A stretch of DNA of 38,286 bases, taken from the IMG/VR virus record IMGVR_UViG_3300045988_086281; one strand, 5' to 3'. The DNA is from a virus. Positions 32,597-38,286 of the stretch are shown here, piece by piece. The notes under the pieces are model-generated. The model searched no databases. It saw only the letters and a list, made by a program, of their open reading frames with translations, and was not told the origin of the DNA. Position numbers and translations under genes: made by a program. The stretch's first letter is position 1; each line of letters starts with the position of its first letter.

Positions 32597-34291
32597 TTAG
32601 AATTGGCATACAAAGTCATTATTGTATAACATATTCTGTTCTAGTAAATATACTGCATTTATTAAAGCAACTACCATATCTACCTTGCCTTCTGATTTTT
32701 TCTTGTTGACATATTTATTAAGGTTAGTATCTTCTGTACATCTGGCATTTTGGAAATTGATTTCTAACATTAAATTTTCATCATATACAAACTTATGTTC
32801 CAAGATATGCTCCTTTAATAGCTTAGTAGGGCTATGTAACACACTAGAATGTTGCTTTATTTCAACACATTCATAACCCTCTGCTTCTAATTTCTGTACA
32901 GTACTAATCGCATTATAACGGTCATATCCTATCTGTACGATTTCTACACCGTACTTTTGCTGCAGTTCCATTGCAACTTTCTCTACAAAACTATAGTCTA
33001 TAACCTCATTACCACATGCAAAACATACTTTATTCTGTATTAGCTTGCGATAATCTACTTGCTCACGCTTTGTTTTAATCTCTACTTTATCATTCGGTAT
33101 GAACCCGAACACTTTAGCGTAAATAATTCCGTCTTCTTCTGTAACCATAGCTAGTGCAGTGTTATCATCCGTCATAGATAAGTCAAGTCCTAACCATACT
33201 CTCTTACCTCTCCAGAAAGCTAAATCTTCTTTTCTTCTACACTCCCTGACTTTATTAATATCAACATATCCTTCAACACCAAGCCCTTTATACTTAATAT
33301 TGTTATGCTTACAAAGGTAATTCTCGCGCTTATTCTCATATAGAACCGCCATAGTCCTCATATCTTTAATTGCATCGAATATGTAATCATGATCCACTGC
33401 AACAGGATTCGATTGATAAATAACATCATCCACTGTCATCCACTTATCGTCTGTTATCAAGTAATCGTCCGGTTCGTACAGTAACGAAAATCTGCGTTTA
33501 TTATCAATTAGTCCGTCTAGCGTTTTCTTAGATATGTCTATTTCGTCTATCATTACGTTTAAGTCATTAGGATATTGAGTAGATATGATGATACCCAATT
33601 TATTAAACAATGTAATTTGTGATGAACGCATGGCTTCAACTGGGTAGGCATCCATGGCTCCTGCTTCATCAGCTAAGAAGATATTAGCCATTTTACCATC
33701 CATTTTATCGTCGCTATATGCAAGCGGTGTATACTCGCTTTCTGTTAATAAGCATCTAACCTCATTACGCAACGTTTTGAACACTGGCTCCAATTCATCA
33801 CACAGTAACGGACTACTCTTAATTATCTTTCTTATAGCAATTTGTAACTCTTTTGATAGTTTTAAGTCTGGTGCAACCGAAAAGAAACGACTAAATTTAG
33901 GTTCTGTAAGCATCCCAATAATAAAAATAACTGCACTGTTAAAAGTCTTGAAATTCTTACGACTTATCTCTAACAAAGCAGTTATATAATAACGAATATT
34001 CGGTTTTTCTTTCATTTTTGTACAAAATACAGAAGTAATAAAGAACCAGGCATAACGCTCCAATCCTTTATCCATCGGGCATTGTAAGTCTGGATGAACC
34101 ATTAGTTTTAGTATTTTAAGAATTTTCTCATATGTCTTCTCATCGATAACAGCTTCTTCACTTTTTCCGTCTGCTATGTCTTTCCATGATTGGCATTGTT
34201 TTTTTACGTAAGAAGGTACTTTACTACCAGCTTCATTTAGTACCCACTCGCAATATTTATATGCTACGCTTTCTTTTATCAATCTAATCAC
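32597..34291 (-). CDS. terL: Terminase large subunit (Terminase_1-like)
   Basis: IFLADEAGAM (Walker B) and C-terminal nuclease fold motifs. Overlaps TerS. Confidence 0.9.
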   Translation of the reverse strand: MIRLIKESVAYKYCEWVLNEAGSKVPSYVKKQCQSWKDIADGKSEEAVIDEKTYEKILKILKLMVHPDLQCPMDKGLERYAWFFITSVFCTKMKEKPNIRYYITALLEISRKNFKTFNSAVIFIIGMLTEPKFSRFFSVAPDLKLSKELQIAIRKIIKSSPLLCDELEPVFKTLRNEVRCLLTESEYTPLAYSDDKMDGKMANIFLADEAGAMDAYPVEAMRSSQITLFNKLGIIISTQYPNDLNVMIDEIDISKKTLDGLIDNKRRFSLLYEPDDYLITDDKWMTVDDVIYQSNPVAVDHDYIFDAIKDMRTMAVLYENKRENYLCKHNNIKYKGLGVEGYVDINKVRECRRKEDLAFWRGKRVWLGLDLSMTDDNTALAMVTEEDGIIYAKVFGFIPNDKVEIKTKREQVDYRKLIQNKVCFACGNEVIDYSFVEKVAMELQQKYGVEIVQIGYDRYNAISTVQKLEAEGYECVEIKQHSSVLHSPTKLLKEHILEHKFVYDENLMLEINFQNARCTEDTNLNKYVNKKKSEGKVDMVVALINAVYLLEQNMLYNNDFVCQF

Positions 34292-34832
34292 CAGCCAATG
34301 CTTCTAACAGTGGATTTACTTTCTTCTCTTCTTTTTTTGGTACGTTTCTTAGTGCAGATGCGATAGTCATAACACATTCTTTTTCAATGTCAAGTAGCAT
34401 CTTCCGTTTTGTCTGGACCTGTTTGTCTAAATTAATAGCTGCCTGAGATATTTTAGCAAGTTCAGATGTGATCAACATCATTTCCCTTTCGTCTAGTTCC
34501 ATATCGTCAAGCTTTTCTTCCAACTTTTCAATACTAGAATACATCTTTTCTCTAAGCCTAACAAACTCAATACATTCAGCCTGCATCAAGCAATACCTGT
34601 TAATGATAGGCTCATACATTGAATCACTTTTATCGATGGTATCAAGCAGTTTTGAAACTCTTAGGAATTCCTTATGCGCTGCAATGTTGTTTTTAACTTC
34701 ATCGCGTTCTTTCAAAGGAATTGATGTTAGAAGTGCTTTTTCACCTTGTTCACGTTGTATTAATTCTTTTTTAGTTCTGTGCGCTACCTTTTCAGATTTT
34801 ATAACTGATACTGGTTTTGGTGGTCTGCTCAT
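34284..34832 (-). CDS. terS: Terminase small subunit (P27 family)
   Basis: MSRPPKPVSVIKSEKVAHRTKKE N-terminus. AAAGGAG RBS before the ATG at 34830-34832. Confidence 0.8.
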   Translation of the reverse strand: MSRPPKPVSVIKSEKVAHRTKKELIQREQGEKALLTSIPLKERDEVKNNIAAHKEFLRVSKLLDTIDKSDSMYEPIINRYCLMQAECIEFVRLREKMYSSIEKLEEKLDDMELDEREMMLITSELAKISQAAINLDKQVQTKRKMLLDIEKECVMTIASALRNVPKKEEKKVNPLLEALAGD

Positions 34833-34908
34833 AGCATCAACTCCTTTCAAGTTCTATTTTGGGAACAATTAGTAAATGAATCCTCGCGGTAGGTGTTAGC
34901 AATGTCTA

Positions 34909-34924
34909 ACGAAAATATTTTCGT
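34909..34924. promoter_or_regulatory. 16-bp perfect palindrome ACGAAAATATTTTCGT in the HNH-terS intergenic region (candidate packaging/cos-associated site)
   Basis: The palindrome was read directly. It sits 77 bp upstream of the terS start. Confidence 0.35.
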
Positions 34925-34978
34925 AGCACCGGGGGGATAATTTAAAAATAATTATTCGATTATATTTAACCAATTCGT

Positions 34979-35362
34979 TTAATATTTACTGTTGTTTCTT
35001 CTTTGAATACTATCAGATACTAAATCAAATAAATATTTTCTGCTAATTTTATTTGATTCTGCTTGTTCGTGATGGAAACTGCAAACTGTAATGAGGTTAG
35101 TGTCATCCTCTCTCCTAGAGTAGTCCTCGGTTAGTGGTACGATATGATGAACAGATAAGTTTTCTGTTGTTACTTTGTGCTTAGCCAAGCATACCTGGCA
35201 TACCCTACCGTCCCTGTCTTGTATACCCTGTCTCTTTTTGCGCCACACTGACGTGTTTCTAAATGTAACATTGTCATCATATTTTTTCTTCTTTGTAGGT
35301 CTACGTCCACAATCTACCATGCTATCATGGATTCTTCCGCAATACTTACATGACTTTAACAT
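34979..35362 (-). CDS. HNH endonuclease (packaging-associated)
   Basis: HHIVPLTED...NLITVCSFHHEQAE plus CxxC pairs. Adjacent to the terminase genes. Confidence 0.85.
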   Translation of the reverse strand: MLKSCKYCGRIHDSMVDCGRRPTKKKKYDDNVTFRNTSVWRKKRQGIQDRDGRVCQVCLAKHKVTTENLSVHHIVPLTEDYSRREDDTNLITVCSFHHEQAESNKISRKYLFDLVSDSIQRRNNSKY

Positions 35363-35470
35363 TTTATCCCGCCCCGATCCCTATACATTCGTATCCTTCC
35401 TTGCGCCCAGCGCATCTACTAGCACTCACCCCTGTGCGTTCGGTGCATATATTTAGGCTATATGCGTGCA

Positions 35471-35497
35471 ATAAAAAAGAGAAGTAGCTTTTCTCTA
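35471..35497 (-). terminator. Intrinsic terminator between the late-regulator gene and the packaging operon
   Basis: On the minus strand, AGAGAA-aagctac-TTCTCT followed by TTTTTTATT. Confidence 0.65.
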
Positions 35498-35550
35498 CCT
35501 CTCTCGATGGTATTATAATAGCACATTGACATGTCCTGTGAGTACCAAAC

Positions 35551-35958
35551 TTATATCTTTTTATCAAGCAAATAATAAAATCTCCTTCTCCGTTCGTAAA
35601 ATGTATTACGACTACACGGCATGTCCATTACTGTAACTAGATAATTAAATCCAACATGCTCTTCTGTAACTGCTTTTATTATGTACCGGTATAGCTCGGA
35701 ATCTGTTTCTATTGCCGTCTGCTCTATTAGTTCGCATTTACTTTGTAACTCTGATCGTCTGATTGCTAGCCGCTCGGTTGCGCTACTATTACTGTGAGTT
35801 AAAGGCATGTCGGTAATTTCAACTGACTTAACTGTGCTTGTCTTATAATTTAACTCATCAATCCATGATTGGTATTGTAAGCAAAAGTAATATAGTTCCC
35901 TGTATCTAAACTTGTTTATTCCATACTTTTTTCCTAAGTCTCTTACGTTTGGCATCAT
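35551..35958 (-). CDS. RinA/ArpU-like late-gene transcriptional activator (putative)
   Basis: Size, position upstream of the packaging genes, and YRELYYFCLQY...HSNSSATERLA...CSRNTFYERRRRFYYLL layout. Confidence 0.5.
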   Translation of the reverse strand: MMPNVRDLGKKYGINKFRYRELYYFCLQYQSWIDELNYKTSTVKSVEITDMPLTHSNSSATERLAIRRSELQSKCELIEQTAIETDSELYRYIIKAVTEEHVGFNYLVTVMDMPCSRNTFYERRRRFYYLLDKKI

Positions 35959-36527
35959 TTAACCTCCCTAGTACATTTATAACTACATACATAATATTTT
36001 CTGTGTGTTCTATTATTATAAAGTTTATATACCCATTGACCTGGATCAGATATATAAAACACTTTTCTGCATACTGGACAATAAAATTCTCCTTCTCGCA
36101 GTATTGCTATATCATCTTCATTTGGTATAAATAGTTTTATTTTATGTTTAGCCTGTCTCTGCTTAATTTCTGTTTCGTCTGTTTTACATTGATGGATTCT
36201 ACGTCCTCTTCCTCGCATAGGATTGTAGATATTGTTTCGTTTAGCTGTATTATGTACTGTCGCTTTTGTAACATGTAATTGTTCTGCAATTTCTTTAATT
36301 GAATATTCATTGCTCATGTATAGTTCTTTAAACTTTTCCATGTCAATATACTTTTTGCCATCAAAATTCCCTGTTTCTTTTTTATACTCTTGTATGATGT
36401 GGCTTACTATCATTCTGTTCAGATGCAGTTCTTTTACAATTAAGTCGTATTTTAATCCATCTTTGTATAATCTTATTACCTCTTCTTTGTGCTTTGAATA
36501 ATCATAATTAGTAAGATCAGCCGCCAT
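35955..36527 (-). CDS. DNA-binding protein with two HTH-like segments and a C-terminal Cys4 motif
   Basis: The ATG at 36525-36527 follows AAGGAGG. DLIVKELHLNRMIVSHII and SIKEIAEQLHVTKATVHN, then CPVC...CSYKC. Confidence 0.55.
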   Translation of the reverse strand: MAADLTNYDYSKHKEEVIRLYKDGLKYDLIVKELHLNRMIVSHIIQEYKKETGNFDGKKYIDMEKFKELYMSNEYSIKEIAEQLHVTKATVHNTAKRNNIYNPMRGRGRRIHQCKTDETEIKQRQAKHKIKLFIPNEDDIAILREGEFYCPVCRKVFYISDPGQWVYKLYNNRTHRKYYVCSYKCTREVK

Positions 36528-36528
36528 A

Positions 36529-36843
36529 TCATTCCTCCTTAAACTCAACCTCTAATCCAATTTCATCCTTTAGATACTGTTTTACATCTTCAATCGTAAA
36601 ATCCTGGTTGCCCATATCCTCGTAGCGTTTCATCATCTCGTTATAGAACTTTTCAAACTTACTCTTAGGTGACTTTTCCCAGTGTGAATCTCTAAGGCAC
36701 ATAATCGGTATCAATATCATCTTTGCGAATACTTGTTGCTCTATCTCACGTTCATACTGCTTAGCATATTGTTTAATTCTAAGTTGGTCATTAAGAGTTA
36801 ATCCTTTTTGTTTTAACTGGTGTGGGTTGTATTTTTTATGCAT
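36529..36843 (-). CDS. Hypothetical protein (104 aa)
   Basis: Tracked ORF that abuts its neighbours. Confidence 0.55.
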   Translation of the reverse strand: MHKKYNPHQLKQKGLTLNDQLRIKQYAKQYEREIEQQVFAKMILIPIMCLRDSHWEKSPKSKFEKFYNEMMKRYEDMGNQDFTIEDVKQYLKDEIGLEVEFKEE

Positions 36844-37080
36844 TTACTTATCATCCTCCCACTTAATAAATAAAATCTTGCATAGAAATTTTGCTAGAAA
36901 ATCTGTGTTTTTAATTAATATAATAAGTGTAATAACGCAAGAAATAGGCCCAAGTATAAACATTAATATAGTTGTTCCAACATATTCTTTTATATCAATA
37001 TATGTATTTTCCCTAGTAGCAGCAAAACACGATACCCATCCACATAGTAACCATACGATAATACACAATGCTATAATCAT
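36844..37080 (-). CDS. Small membrane protein (78 aa, two TM helices)
   Basis: Hydrophobic segments IIALCIIVWLLCGWVSCF and ILMFILGPISCVITLIILI. Confidence 0.5.
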   Translation of the reverse strand: MIIALCIIVWLLCGWVSCFAATRENTYIDIKEYVGTTILMFILGPISCVITLIILIKNTDFLAKFLCKILFIKWEDDK

Positions 37081-37239
37081 TTATTCCACCTCCACACTAT
37101 AATACCAATCGTTATTAGTATTCTCTTTATTCAAATCCTTACAAATCGCATCTGCCAGCCATTCATCTGGAATCCTGCTTAGTCCGTCTACTATGTAATC
37201 CTTGGATGGATCAGTTGTGTTGTGTTTGACGATTTTCAT
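37081..37239 (-). CDS. Hypothetical small protein (52 aa)
   Basis: I translated this by hand. AGGAGG RBS. Confidence 0.45.
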   Translation of the reverse strand: MKIVKHNTTDPSKDYIVDGLSRIPDEWLADAICKDLNKENTNNDWYYSVEVE

Positions 37240-37277
37240 TTGACTACCTCCTGTTTGCTAATTTACTGTATAGTTGA

Positions 37278-37544
37278 CTAATCTTCTTCACTTTCTCCTA
37301 CTTTCTCTACGTACTCTTCCTTTGTAATTGAAGTTAAATGTCCTGGAAATGCTTTTAACATATTAGCTACGTCTTCTCGCATCTTTTCAGTAAATTCCAT
37401 TACTTGTTCTTCTGTTACTTCTTTATAACATCCAAGTTCAAATCCATATTCAACATACGCAGGGCATTTATTCCCTTCCTCGTCGAATGCAAATCCTTCT
37501 CCAGCATCAACTTCATAAAAGCATTCTATTTTATTCACTAACAT
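37278..37544 (-). CDS. Hypothetical acidic protein (88 aa)
   Basis: The start is moved to the ATG at 37542-37544, 7 nt after GGAGG. Confidence 0.5.
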   Translation of the reverse strand: MLVNKIECFYEVDAGEGFAFDEEGNKCPAYVEYGFELGCYKEVTEEQVMEFTEKMREDVANMLKAFPGHLTSITKEEYVEKVGESEED

Positions 37545-37640
37545 TTTTCGTTTCCTCCAATTCATCAACTAAATCACCAATTTTCTAACTATTTTTATCT
37601 TCCGTGCTTTAAGCCATTAATCATTTGCATACAATACCAT

Positions 37641-38286
37641 CTACTTTTCTACATCAATCCCTGTAATTTCCTTGAAAATATCTGCGTCAAAGTTAGGAAT
37701 GTCTTTAATAATATCCTTTTCTTCATCCGTAAGATCTTCCCACCATTCTTTATAGCATTCAGAAGTATCACGTTTTCTAAGATATCCTCCAGTTGTTTTA
37801 TATGATGGATATTTTTTCTTTTCTTCTTCTGTCATTCCTGACGCAGCAATCCACTCAACTGTCTCAAAACATATTCTATCCATAATACTTCTTGCTTCTG
37901 AATTTAACCAATCCATATAAGTAATATCCGAATCCTTATTAAACATCTTAATTTTTGAGTTTTTTGTATTAAAACATCCTGTGTTGTAGTCTCCTATGTT
38001 GAAATCTCCTGTGTTGTAGTCTCCTATGTTGAAATCTCCTGTGTTGTAGTCTCCTATGTTGAAATCTCCTGTGTTGTAGTCTCCTATGTTGAAATCTCCT
38101 GTGTTGAAATATCCTGTGTTGTAGTTTCCTGTGTTGTAGTTTCCTGTGTTTCTGTTTCCTGTGTTTCTGTTTCCTGTGTTGTAGTATCCTGTGTTGAAAT
38201 ATCCTGTGTTGTAGTTTCCTGTGTTGAAATATCCTGTGTTGTAGTTTCCTGTGTTTCTGTTTCCTGTGTTTCTGTTTCCTGTGTTG
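37641..38286 (-). CDS. Pentapeptide-repeat protein, C-terminal part (17 repeat units plus a 112-aa C-terminal domain); same gene as 1..420
   Basis: The repeat frame at 37977-38286 reads straight through ...NTGCFNTKNSKIK into the tracked ORF 37641..37946, with no stop codon between. Confidence 0.8.
   Translation of the reverse strand, partial: NTGNRNTGNRNTGNYNTGYFNTGNYNTGYFNTGYYNTGNRNTGNRNTGNYNTGNYNTGYFNTGDFNIGDYNTGDFNIGDYNTGDFNIGDYNTGDFNIGDYNTGCFNTKNSKIKMFNKDSDITYMDWLNSEARSIMDRICFETVEWIAASGMTEEEKKKYPSYKTTGGYLRKRDTSECYKEWWEDLTDEEKDIIKDIPNFDADIFKEITGIDVEK
37977..38286 (-). repeat. 15-bp tandem repeat array, including four perfect 30-bp super-units at 37977-38096
   Basis: Units start every 15 bp from 37977. 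(tcctgtgttgtagtc tcctatgttgaaatc) x4 encodes (DFNIG DYNTG) x4. Confidence 0.95.

Larger units (their letters stand above)
1..38286. mobile_element. Complete temperate siphovirus-like phage genome, circular form (55-bp terminal redundancy; unique length 38,231 bp)
   Basis: Bases 1-55 are identical to 38232-38286. The window holds full lysogeny, replication, packaging, head, tail and lysis modules, and contains attP rather than attL/attR. Confidence 0.85.

Noticed and set aside
35364-35567. The tracked 67-aa minus-strand ORF between the late regulator and the HNH gene.
   Set aside because: It spans an intrinsic terminator and a hairpin-rich noncoding-looking stretch. It has no RBS and overlaps the 3' end of the regulator gene. 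It is more likely regulatory or packaging DNA than coding.
37977-38286. The terminal short-period repeats could have been a CRISPR array or a noncoding direct terminal repeat.
   Set aside because: The period is 15 bp with no spacers. The repeats are in frame with flanking coding sequence on the minus strand and translate to a regular xxNTG pentapeptide. The end identity is exactly 55 bp, which fits an assembler k-mer overlap.

Overview
The window is a complete, circularly closed genome of a temperate siphovirus-type phage (HK97-fold capsid, long tape measure) from an AT-rich, Firmicute-like host. Bases 1-55 are identical to bases 38232-38286, so the unique length is 38,231 bp. The linear break falls inside a 15-bp tandem repeat array, which lies within a gene that wraps around the ends. 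Almost all genes are on the minus strand.

Read in the minus-strand direction of transcription, the modules are:
- Lysogeny switch (Cro-like/CI-like HTH pair with three operator copies), with a plus-strand tyrosine integrase and an attP that carries the 3' part of a class-II tRNA (11054-13060).
- Early genes (9187-11037).
- Recombination and replication: Gp157, Sak4-like ATPase, DUF669, ERCC4 nuclease, replisome organizer, G39P-like loader (4895-8932).
- DNA modification and nucleotide-pool genes: MazG-like protein and two methyltransferases (1543-4042).
- An acidic secreted protein, then the wrap-around pentapeptide-repeat gene.
- Small late-region genes, a RinA/ArpU-like regulator and a terminator.
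- HNH, TerS, TerL, portal, protease, capsid, connectors, major tail protein, frameshifted chaperone, tape measure, Dit, Tal, receptor-binding fibre (17605-35362).
- Holin and amidase endolysin (15944-17207).

The most unusual content is a self-contained cassette between the lysis genes and attP (about 13049-15700). It encodes a rolling-circle HUH Rep, a minimal membrane-anchored FtsK/SpoIIIE-type ATPase, a small regulator-like protein and other small proteins. It is flanked by noncoding DNA that looks G+C-richer and hairpin-rich by eye. This looks like a plasmid, IME or AICE-type replication/transfer module embedded in a phage that already has its own replication module.

All functional calls rest on motifs I recognised in the translations. 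No database searches were run.
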